DNA from: Dictyostelium discoideum
Lineage: Eukaryota
Length of the DNA stretch: 64,000 bases
Direction of reading: 5' to 3'
Assembly (NCBI GenBank): GCA_000004695.1
Contig: CM000151.3
Span: forward strand, 5,728,001 to 5,792,000
Below the pieces are notes generated by a model, which was not told the DNA's origin, searched no databases, and was given only the letters and a program-made list of their open reading frames with translations. Numbering within the stretch: position 1 is the stretch's first letter; each line of letters starts with the position of its first letter. Shown here one piece after another: positions 11,333 through 36,773 of this stretch. Both the position numbers and the translations under genes were made by a program.

Positions 11333-11373
11333 CTTTTTAAAATAAAATAAAAAAAAAGCAATACAAATAAAAA

Positions 11374-16830
<5,457 letters not shown>

Positions 16831-16902
16831 ATAATTTTAAATTATTTAATGATTATTAAAAATAAATTAAAAAATAAATAATAATAAAAACTTTAAAAAA
16901 AT

Positions 16903-16913
16903 TAAATCTATCT

Positions 16914-16948
<35 letters not shown>

Positions 16949-16985
16949 TATGGTTATTTATTTATTTATTTATTTATTTATTCTA
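16903..16985. repeat. (ATTT)n / (TTTA)n microsatellite in the convergent 3' intergenic region.
   Basis: Reads tttatttatttatttatttatttatttatttatatggttatttatttatttatttatttattt. Confidence 0.8.
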
Positions 16986-17036
16986 CAATGGATACATTTT
17001 AATTATTTTTTTTTATTTTATCAAACATATATTTTT

Positions 17037-17295
17037 TTATTTTAAATAACTAGCCATTTCTGTATAAACTTTAAATTTTACATCTTCCTTACTTTTTTTT
17101 AATTCATCTCTGCCAATATTATTTTCAAAATTATTGAATATGATATCATCTTTATCGCTTGTACTAACCAAAGTATATCTAGTCTTTTTTTTTTTAAAAA
17201 AAAAAAAAAAATCTTAGTATATCATAAAAAAAAAAAAATTTTAATATCATAAAATTATTACTTACTATTTCTTTAGTTCTATACAATGAATTCAT
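17037..17295 (-). CDS. Candidate small two-exon gene encoding a 58-aa protein (MNSLYRTKEITRYTLVSTSDKDDIIFNNFENNIGRDELKKSKEDVKFKVYTEMASYLK). Exons are 17266..17295 and 17037..17183.
   Basis: A minus-strand ATG at 17295 is followed by 10 codons and then a perfect GTAAGT donor (17265-17260). The intron is A/T-rich and ends ...AAAAAAG (acceptor 17185/17184). Exon 2 reads in phase 0 for 48 codons to a TAA at 17037-17039. Both exons are under 60 aa, so the ORF track does not show it. No homolog was recognised. Confidence 0.35.
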
Positions 17296-17742
17296 ATTTA
17301 CCAAAATACAATCAAAATTAAATATATATGAAAAAAATAAAAAATAAAAAAATAAAAAATATATTAAATAAAAAAAGAAAATTAAAATATTTTCTTTTTT
17401 TATTTATTTTTTAATTTTAATTGTTCATTCAAATAATTAAAAATTTTTTTTCACATATTATTAAAAAAAAAAAAAAAAAAAAAACAATAATAATAATTTT
17501 TCCATGTTTACCATACATATTTGTGTTCTACAGATCGGCGTATAAGAAAATAAAAAAAAAATAAAAAAAAAAAAATTAATTTTTTTTTTTCTTTTTTTCT
17601 TTGTGTTAAATCATCCATATTATTTATTCCTTATAATTCACTAGGAACAACCACTTGAAAAATCAAATATTAAACTAAAAAATTAAAAATTAATTAATTA
17701 TTAATTATTATTTCAATTTTTTTTTTTTTTTTTTCCCAAAAA

Positions 17743-26201
<8,459 letters not shown>

Positions 26202-26495
26202 ATGTCAAGTGTATCAATTGAACAATTTAAAAATGAAAAAGATTTAAAAATATGGGTAACTGCCTCAGAGGTTAAACCAATTGACCAATTTGGTGATGCA
26301 GATTGTCCACCTTGTATTAGAAGGATGGCAAACTCACAATATTGTGGTGATGAATTGGTAAAGTCATACTTATGTTTTCAAGAAAGTAATAAAAATGGCA
26401 CTTCAGTTGAATCATGTGCAGGTTCATTTAACAAACTTAAAGATTGTATGGTAAAATACCCAATTAAATTTTATGACCCATTATTCAAAAAGTAA
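26202..26495 (+). CDS. Small (97 aa) CHCH-type twin Cx9C protein with an additional CPPC motif, likely a mitochondrial intermembrane-space protein.
   Basis: The ORF carries CPPC-IRRMANSQY-C-GDELVKSYL-C ... C-AGSFNKLKD-C, which gives Cx9C spacing three times. There is a single exon. Confidence 0.55.
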   Translation: MSSVSIEQFKNEKDLKIWVTASEVKPIDQFGDADCPPCIRRMANSQYCGDELVKSYLCFQESNKNGTSVESCAGSFNKLKDCMVKYPIKFYDPLFKK

Positions 26496-26512
26496 TTATC
26501 GTCTTTTTTTCT

Positions 26513-26545
<33 letters not shown>

Positions 26546-26873
26546 CAAAAACAAATCTTTACCACAATCTACACTTTTTTTTTTTTTTTTTAAACACCTT
26601 GATATTAATTATTTTACTTACCATTTTTTTTTTTTTTTTTTTTTAAAATAATTGTAGTGGTAGAAACTTAGAACAGGACTCAAAGTAAAATCGATTTAAT
26701 AATAAAATAAAAAATTATTAAAAAAAAAATAAAGAAGTTTAGATTTTTAAATTCAAATAATTATTTTATTCAATGATATTTTTATTATTATTATTATTTA
26801 AATATTATTATTATTTAAATATTATTATTATTTTTTTAAATAATTATTTATTTATTTATTTAAATTTAATTAC

Positions 26874-27949
26874 TTATTTATTTTGATATCTAATAAATTT
26901 TAATGATAAATAACCACCAACTAAAAGTGCAAAAGTGAATGAGGCCATAATTAAGATATCCCAATATTGGAAAGATATTTTATAATCAATTCTATCTAAT
27001 ACTTGAGTACCATGAGTGATCGGACAAAAGAATTTAGTAGTATTTTGAGATGGAATTGGTATTGGAATTGCACCTTTATTATCGGTACAAACGAATTCCA
27101 TATCTTTGAATTCAGTAATGAGGAAAGCTTTCAATGGATAAGAGATGAAATCCAAATAGAAAGCCCATTTCCAAGCGGCTGGCATCGATGGTGGGGGGAT
27201 CATAAAACCAGCGAAAAGAGATGTCACCGATAAGAGAACACCATTCAATAGGAAAGCCATTTCTTCAACTGGTAATGATGTTGCAAATGCAATAGATGTT
27301 AAACCGAAATTTAAATAAAGCATGACTGAAATGAATGAATGGTAAAAGAAATCCCAACCATGATTTGATAATGAAAGTCCAGTTAAAAAGTAAACTGGTA
27401 TGACGTAGGCGTAGGAAGTGATGATTACAAATGGTAGATCCGATAATACAAATGTTAGATAATAGATCCAAACTCTATACATCCCCGAAGCTTGTTCACG
27501 ATAGAATACACCACGTTCAGTTGAAACGGTTGGAATAATTGATAAACCTGCCATACCACCAAACATTAAACTAAAGAATAAAAATGAAATACGATTGAAA
27601 ACATCGTTTTGTTCTTTATCCAAACGTAAAAACAATGTACCAATAACCAAACCCAATACAAATGATCTACCAACACGAGTTCTAATTGTATCAACTCTAC
27701 GAATACCACCTTTCCATGACCTTTTCAATAACTCTATAAATTGAGTTTTAATTGTACTACTATATTTACCATGATAAACTGCCACTGGTGTACCAACTGG
27801 CATAATACTATTCTCAACAATTGATAATAGTTTTTGATTTTCTTTTGATTCTTTAAATGATTCAACTGGATCAAATGATATTGATGATGATGATAATGAT
27901 GATTCTAAATTTTTTTTATTATTATTATTTAAAGTATCACTTGTATTAC

Positions 27950-28034
<85 letters not shown>

Positions 28035-30577
28035 TTCATTAGAAGTTGAAGTTGGTAAGGTTTGTGGTGGTTGTATAATTTCAATAATATCTTCAGTTAC
28101 ATCCAAAATGAAATCTGCAGGATTTTTGAATGGATCACAAATTAAACCTCTTTCTGCAAAATAATTTAAAACAATTTTTGAATTTGTACCAGTTGGACCA
28201 AAGTAAACAGTTTCACCACCTCTCTTTAAGAGTAAAAGATGATCAAACTTTTTAAAGATTGTAGTTGATGGTTGATGAATTGTACAAATAACTGAACGAC
28301 CACTTGATGCAATCTTTTTAATTAAATTCATTACCTTCAAGGCAGCAGATGAATCCAAACCAGATGTTGGTTCATCAAGGAAGAGTAATTGTGGGTCCGA
28401 TGCTAATTCAATACCCATATTAACACGTTTACGTTGTGATAGTGATAAACCACTTTCAACATCACCAATTAATGAATGTTGAATCTTTAATAAATTTAAA
28501 GTCTCCAAAATATTATCAACAAATTCTTCCTTTTCTTGAATTGGTACTGAATTTGGTAATCTATTTTTAGCAGAGAATAAAATCACTTCTCTAACCGTTG
28601 ACACTGGTGTTAAAATATCCATTTGTTCAACATATGCGGAAGTACGAGTGAAATATTTAGTTCTTTCTTGACCATTGATTAAAATTTGACCTTTAGTATG
28701 ACCACCTGTTTTTCTATTAGCTAAAACATCTAATAATGTTGATTTACCAGCACCTGATGGACCCATTAATGCAACCAACATACCTGGTTTAACATAACCA
28801 TTAATACCATTCAATAGTCTTAAACGTTGATTTTTACCATCTTTCTTTACATCAACTTCATAAACTAAATCTTTCCATTGCATATAACAACCAATTGGAA
28901 TATCTTTCCTTAAATTTGCTTTACCACTTGATTTAACATCAACATCAACTGATTCCATTTCTTCACCAGAATCTGAATCATCATTTTGTTTTTTATTATG
29001 TTTATTATTAAAATAATTCATACTATTATTTGTTGTTGTACTATCGGTTGAATTTCTATTCATTTTTATTAGCGTTGTAGTTTTATTTGGTTTTGATTTT
29101 TTAATACCAACTGGATCTTTACGATAAACTCTAAATACTAAAAATTTCATACAAACCAAGGTAATTAACCAAAATAATAGAGTGAAAGCTGAAATAATTG
29201 CTAAATCAACCCATCTATAATAGAATTCAGTATGAAAACCAATTGAATCTAAAATTTGTTCACCTTTTGTAATTGGACAAACTTGATTACCTTCAAACCC
29301 TACCGGATAGGAGGTATTAAAAGTTGGTAAAAATGATGGTGGCATTAATTCATCGGGTGAGCAATGATAATCTAAACCACTATGTTCATTTAATAGTAAA
29401 CCTTCGAAACCATAATGAATTGGTGAAATCCAATAGAGCCAAATCCACCAACCTGGTATTTCATTGGAATGTTTCATATAGCCACACATTAGAATGAATG
29501 GTGATACAACAGCTGGTGAAATTGCAGATGCAGCATATTTGGTTTTAGTGAATGAACAAACACTTCTAATAATTGATAATGACATAACATCGCAAACTAA
29601 ACATGTTAAGAAAAAGTAAATAAATCTATCCCATGTCTTATTTAAACCTGTCATCCAATAAACGAAATTTGAAAATATCAATACCTCAACGATTGACATT
29701 GGTAAATCAGTGACAATCATACTTAGAAAGTAGGTGATTGTATTATAATATTTCCATGCACGTTCACTATAAAATACTTGACGTTGATCGAAAAATACAG
29801 ATATCGAACCAAATCCACCAAATACAAATGTTAACAATGAAAAGAATAATAAGCCTGACCTATTTGAACCATCGGCTTGGGTTGTATCCAATTTCCAATA
29901 CAATGTACCCAAAATAAACCCAATTATAACATTCTTTAATAGTCTAAGACGTATTGATGCTTTGTTACCAAGAAATAGTTTAAATCCTCTTTTAACATTC
30001 AATGATAATTGTCTACCAAATCCAGTTGAATATGGCTTTAATGTTGTTGAATAATCTATAAATTTACTTCTTTCTTCTTCATCTGGTATATGACTATCAA
30101 TATATTCTAAAATATGTTTATAAATTATTGATTTTCTATATGCCATTGCAAATTCATCTGATCCTTTTAAAGGTGGTATAATTTTATTATTATTATTCAT
30201 CATCATCATCGTTGATGAGGCTTTGTTTTTAAAATTATAATTATAATTACTACCACCACTACTACTACCACTATCACCACTACCACCATCACTACTACCA
30301 TCATCTATACCACAATATAATTCTGGTTCATCAACAATCTCTTGAAAAAATTCTGCTGGATTATGATGTTTTGGAAATTTAAATCCTAACCCTTCAAAAT
30401 ATCCAATTGCTTGATTCATTGGTCCAAAATATGACATTTGACCTTGATTCATAATCATTAAATAATCAAATAATTTTGTAATTTCTAATCCAGGTTGTAA
30501 TAATGATATTAAACATGACATTTTCTCTTGTTGAACTTTATTTTTAATTTTTGTTAACATCTTTTTAATAATTAATA

Positions 30578-30610
<33 letters not shown>

Positions 30611-31577
30611 AAAGTTAATTTAAAATTTTAGAGTTTAATATATATAAAACTCTAAAAAAAAAAGGAATAAAAAAAAAAATAAAAAAAAACTTACCTCTAA
30701 ACTTATTGAAGAATCTAAACCATTTGTTGGTTCATCCATTAATAATAAATTTGATTCCTTTACTAATTCAACACCAATGGTAACTCTTTTCTTTTGACCA
30801 CCAGAAATACCACGTAGAAATTCATCACCAACAACAGTATTTTGTACATGTTTCAAGTCTAAAAAATCCAATACATTATCAACAATTTCAATTCTTTCTT
30901 TTTCAGATTTATCCCCACTTTGACAATCGGCTGAAAATTTAAAAGTATCTCTTACGGTGAGTGGTGCTTTTAATAAAAATGAAAAAAAAATAAAAATAGA
31001 AAATTAGAAAATATTTCATTTTTTTTTTTTATTCAAAAATTTTGAAAAAAAAAAATTTTGAATTAAAAAAAAAAAAATTGGAAAAAATGAAATATGTGTA
31101 TTTACCCATATGAAAATCATCTTGTACAACATAACTAACATGTCTATGATGAGTATTGGGATCACCAGTTTTACCATTAAATAATAAATTTCCAGTTATT
31201 TTTTCATTTGAAGTTAATAATGCCAATGTGTTCATTAATGAAGTTTTACCACAACCTGGAGAACCTAATAATAAAACCATTGATCCAGGTTTTAAAAAAA
31301 AGTTTAAATCTGTTAAAATTTTCTTTTCATTTTTACCATGGCCAACTGTTGACGATAAATTTCTTGCTGATACAAATACAGATGTTCTTGGTAAATTTGA
31401 TGGATTATAACTACTTGTCGTTGAGAAATTCAATCCACCGTCAATAGATTGTTTTAAATTTGGTTCTGATTTCTTATCAACTCCAAATATATTTTTTGAT
31501 TCAATTGAATCATTTAAAAAATTCCTTGAATTACTTCTACTTTTTGCTAAATATTCTCTTTTTTCTTCATTTTCCAT
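26874..31577 (-). CDS. ABCG (PDR-type, NBD-TMD-NBD-TMD) full-size ABC transporter of about 1476 aa. Exons are 31106..31577, 30695..30966 and 26874..30560.
   Basis: Exon 1 has the Walker A motif GSPGCGKTS and ends ...[15 protein letters not shown]+G at a GTAAAT donor (31105). Exon 2 reads (A)[15 protein letters not shown]...VSGGQ-like [17 protein letters not shown]...[18 protein letters not shown] and ends at a GTAAGT donor (30694). Exon 3 starts at ...AAAAAG|ATG (30560) and reads [24 protein letters not shown].... The second NBD has GPSGAGKST ... LSLSQRKRV ... [12 protein letters not shown]. The hydrophobic TMD blocks follow. Phases were checked (472 nt gives +1, 272 nt gives 2+270). Confidence 0.8.
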
Positions 31578-31619
31578 TTTTTAAAATTATTTAAAAAAAA
31601 AAAAAAATAATGTTAAGAT

Positions 31620-31677
<58 letters not shown>

Positions 31678-31868
31678 AAAAAGGTTAATTTTTTTTTTTT
31701 TTTTTTTTAATATAAATTAAAGAACTAAGTTTTTTAATAAAATAAATAAATATAATTTTTTTTCTTAAAAATTATTTGAATATATATAGGTACAATTAAT
31801 TAAATTTAGTATTTCATAAATAAAATTTTAATTTTTATTATTTATTTTTTATTTAAAAATATTTTTAA

Positions 31869-31899
<31 letters not shown>

Positions 31900-32403
31900 A
31901 AAATTATTTGATTAGTAATAAATTAAAAAACATTCATACTCCTCTAAATATAAAAAAAATAATTTAATTATAATTTCAAATTTTATTTGTTGGATTTTAT
32001 TTTATTTGATTATTCTTGGTAGTAATCCCACACTAATTATAGATAAATATTCATGTTTCAAATACATTGTTTGATAATAACGAGTACAAGACAACATTAT
32101 TATCTCATTATTATTACCATAAAGATTAAAAACTTGAAAAACTAACACCATTGTTGGATTAAAATAGTAATTATCATTTAATAAAAATAAAAAAAAACAC
32201 CACAAATACATAATACCCCATACAAATATAAAAACAACCACACCTGGGATAATTACATACATACACACACACCCTACACCACTTTTAAAAATAATGACAA
32301 CACACAAACCACCAATAAATCCCTTCTTTTTTTATTTTTTTTATCTTTAAAAAAAACAAATATAAAATTTTAACAAATATAAAATTTTAAAAAATAAATA
32401 ACT

Positions 32404-32436
<33 letters not shown>

Positions 32437-32589
32437 TGATTATCAGATTTGAAACAAAATTATTTATAATGAGATAATATTAAACACACAATAAAAAAGA
32501 TTTTTTAATTTTTTTAATTTTTTATTTTATTATTTTTTTTTTTTTTAAAAAAATTTTTCGTACATATATATATATTTATAAATAATTGT

Positions 32590-35500
32590 TTATTTAGTTT
32601 GATGTCTAATAAATTTCAAAGCTATAAAAATACAAATGAAGAAAAAGACTGAATAACCAAAAATAACAGCCAAGAATTTATATTTATCTTCAGGTTTCAT
32701 TTCATAACGTTGTAAAATTTGATTACCATTTGTAATTGGACAAATTGGGCCAACATCAATATAAGTACCATTAACTGTAAGAACATTAGGTATAGTGACT
32801 GATTCACTACTTGTACAATGGAATTCTAAATCTTGGAATTCATTAATCATAACGATTGCCAATGGATAAGTAGTTGGATCCAATTGGTAGAACCAATGCC
32901 ATCCTTTAGCGATTGAAGCTGGTGGGATCATAAAACCAGCGAACAAAGAACTGATTGAAAGTGCTACACCACCCAAGGCATGAGCAATTTCATCGGTTGG
33001 AAGTACAGTTGCGAAAACCATTGCCAACATTGAGAAATTGAAATAAGTTGTGAATGAGATGAAGGAGTGGTAAAAGAATGGAGCACCATTTGGATCTAAT
33101 CTAAGACCAGAGATAAAGTACATTGGAACTGTATAAATAATAGCAGAGAGGAAAACCCATGGTAAATCGGTAACGATAAAAGTGAAGAGATAAATTGGAA
33201 TTGAATACATGCCAGATGCTTGCTCACGATAGAAAACACCACGTTCCATATTAACGATTGGAATTGAAGACATACCAGACATACCACCAAACATAAGACT
33301 GAAGAAAAGAATTGAGACACGATTATAAATATTCTCTTGAGTTTCTTCCATTCTAACGAAAAGTGTACCTAAAACTACACCCAAGAAAAGTGAACGCATT
33401 AAACGAGTACGAATATTTTGAACTCTACGTACTTGTGCTAACCAAGAACGTTTACCCAATTCAACGAATTGAGTTTGATAGGATGAGGAATAAACACCAT
33501 GGAATTCTGGTACTGGTGTACCAACTGGCATAACACCAGCATCAATTTTGGCCAAAAGATCACTATTCAATTGTGATTCTTTGTATTGTTGAACTGGATG
33601 GAATTGATGTGGTTTACCATCGAGTGTGGTTTCAATGACATCATCGGTTACATCTAAAATGAAATCGGCTGGATTCTTTAATGGATCACAAATTAAACCA
33701 TGATTTTCAAAATAACCAAGTAAATCAGCACTCTTATCACCAGTTGGACCAAAGTAAACAGTTTCACCACCTCTCTTTAAGAGTAAAAGATGATCAAATT
33801 GTTTGAAAATTGAAGTTGATGGTTGATGAATTGTACAAATAATTGAACGACCACTTGATGCAATCTTTTTAATTAAATTCATTACCTTCAAGGCAGCAGA
33901 TGAATCTAAACCAGAGGTTGGTTCATCAAGGAAGAGCAATTGTGGATCTGATGCTAATTCAACACCAATGTTAACACGTTTACGTTGTGATAATGAAAGA
34001 CCTTCTTCACCATGACCAATTTGTTTATTTTGAATCTTTAATAAATTTAAAGTTTCAATAATGTTTTCAACAAATTTAATTTTCTCTTCATTTGGCATAT
34101 CACTTGGTAATCTAGTTTTAGCAGAGAATAAAATTGCTTCTTTAACAGTTTGAGTTGGTGGAAGAACATCAAATTGTTCAACGTATGCAGAGAGACGAGT
34201 AAAATATTTAGTTCTTTCTTGACCATTGATTAAAATTTGACCTTTAGTATGACCACCTGTTTTTCTATTAGCTAAAACATCTAATAATGTTGATTTACCA
34301 GCACCTGATGGACCCATTAAAGCAAGTAACATACCCGGTTTAACATAACCATTAATTTCATTCAATAATCTTAAACGTTGATTTTTACCATCTTTCTTTA
34401 CATCAACTTCATAAACCAAATCTTTCCATTGCATATAACAACCAATTGGAATTTCTTTTTGAGCTTTTACCATACGATTTTCTTTGATATCAACTTTGGA
34501 ATCCTTGATTTTCTTTGATCTCTTTGAGGCTTTTTTAGAACGTTTATCATTCTTTGGATCAGATGCTCTATGATCGACATGAACATTCTTGAGGAAGAAG
34601 TACATACCAAAAGAGAAAAGTGCACCAAATGCAAAAACAATTAACAAATCGATCCATTTGAACCAATTATTTTGTGGCATACCTAATTGATCAAGGAATT
34701 GATCACCTCTAGTAATTTGACAAATTGAAGAATTTCCAGAACCTCTTGGATATGGTAATTCAAAGTTTGGAGTATTACGTGGTGGGATTGTTTCACTATC
34801 ATCACAGCTATAAATTAAACCATGATGTTCATTTGACATGAGACCTTCAAAAGCATATTTAATTGGTGAGATCCAATAAATCCAAATCCACCAACCACCA
34901 ATACTTCTTTTTGGTGCCATAAAACCAGAGAACAAAATGAATGGAGCCAATGCAGCTGGTGCAATAACTGAAGCCAAGGTTGCATTTGGAGCAAAAGCTG
35001 AAACCATTTTAAAGAAAGATTGGAAAGCCAAATCACCAACGAAATTCATTAATAAAAAGTAAATGAATTTCTCTGCATTCGCTTGTAGACCACACATCCA
35101 ATAAACCAAAACACAAAATACCACAGTCTCTAAGAGTGCAATTGGAATTTCAGAAAAGATTAATGATAAAAAGAATGCAAATGTCTTGTAGTATTTACCA
35201 TCTTTTTGTATGTAAAACACCTCTCTTTGTTCGAAAAGAATTGCAATGGCACCCATACCCGAGAAAACAATAAACAACAATGAAAAGAAAATCAAACCCG
35301 ATCTATTATTACCATCGGTCTGATTCAAATCTAAACCATAAAAGAGTGAACCCAAAATTAAACCCATTACAATCGATTTTATAATTCTCATTCTAACGGC
35401 AACTTGACTTGAAATTAACATTTTAAATGCTCTAATACTTGCTAAACGAATTTGATAGGATAAAGGTGTTGGATATTTTGGAAGATGTGAACTATCTTTA

Positions 35501-35944
35501 CAAAATGTTAAATCTGGTTGAGTGTTATCTAAATCATTTACAATACTTTGGAACATTGCGCTATTCTTGTATGCATTTGCAAATTCTTCGGCACCTCTAA
35601 GTGGTGGTTCACCTTCACCTTCAAAATATAATTCTGGTTCATCAACAATCTCTTGGAAAAATTCTGCTGGATTATGATGTTTTGGTAATTTAAATCCTAA
35701 TCCTTCAAAATATGAAATTGCATCTGACATTGGTCCAAAATAAACCATATGACCAGCATTCATAATCATTAAGAAATCAAATAATTTTGTAACTTCAACA
35801 CCTGGTTGTAATAATGCTACCAAACTTGAAACTTGATTTACATTTGATAATTCTCTAAAATGTTTCATTAACTTTTTTTTTAATAAAAAAAAAAAAATAA
35901 AAATAAAATAAAAAAATATTAATACTAAATTTTAAAAACTATTA

Positions 35945-35975
<31 letters not shown>

Positions 35976-36773
35976 ACTTCTAAAGTAGTAGTTGAATCTA
36001 AACCAGTTGATGGTTCATCCATTAAAAATAAACCAGCATCTTTAACCATTTCAACACCAATTGTAACTCTTTTCTTTTGACCACCCGATACACCTCTTAA
36101 AAATTCATTACCAACAACTGTATCTTGTTGTCTAGTAAGATCCAAAGTCTTTAAAATATAATCAACTCTTGCGTTCTTTTCTTCTTCAGATGTACCTTCA
36201 CTCATTTGAAGATCGGCTGAAAATTTAAATGTTTCTCTAACTGTGAATGGAGCTATTATAATAAAAAAAAAATAAAAAAAAAATTAGAATTTTTAATTTA
36301 TTTTTATTATTATTATTATTATTATAATTATTATTTTACTTACCCATATGATGATCACCTTGTACAACATATGCAACATCTCTATGATGAGTACTTTTAT
36401 TAGCAGCTTTACCATTAAATAATAAACTACCAGATACAGTTTCAGAATGTAATTGATTGGCCAATGCTTTCATAACTGAGGTTTTACCACAACCTGGAGA
36501 ACCCAAAATTAAAACCATTGAACCTGGTTTAAGGAAAAAATTTAAATCTGATAAAATATTTCTTTTATCACCTTTCTTTTCAGTACCAATAGACATACTT
36601 AAATTTCTAGCGGTGACATACATTCCTTTCTTTTCTTTATATAAACCCATTGGAGCACCCGAATTATCATATGAAATACTTTGCATTCCGCCAATTGTAT
36701 TATCAGCTGCAAATGATTTTTGTCCAAATTCTTGTAATGGGATTTCATCATTACCAATTTCTGGTGGAGCCAT
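32590..36773 (-). CDS. Second ABCG (PDR-type) full-size transporter of about 1329 aa, a tandem paralog of the upstream gene. Exons are 36344..36773, 35978..36252 and 32590..35871.
   Basis: Exon 1 is [16 protein letters not shown]...GSPGCGKTS...[15 protein letters not shown]+G, with a GTAAGT donor (36343). Exon 2 is (A)[15 protein letters not shown]...[17 protein letters not shown]...[18 protein letters not shown], with a GTAAGT donor (35977). Exon 3 starts at the ...AAAAAG|TTA ATG acceptor (35871) and reads [24 protein letters not shown].... The exon structure and phases match the upstream paralog exactly. Confidence 0.8.

Noticed and set aside
27003-27471. Short ORFs antisense or overlapping within the ABCG, TVP38, NMT, DDX46 and proline-dehydrogenase genes (e.g. 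27003-27233, 27265-27471, 31156-31447, 33096-33320, 34815-35039, 36457-36780, 9184-9390, 41312-41518, 53270-53579, 54902-55189, 57379-57564)
   Set aside because: They are alternative-frame or antisense reads inside well-supported conserved-domain genes.
32002-32307. 101-aa minus-strand ORF between the ABCG genes
   Set aside because: It shows no protein-like features or periodicity. It overlaps the C/A-rich compositional island, which is reported instead as an anomaly.
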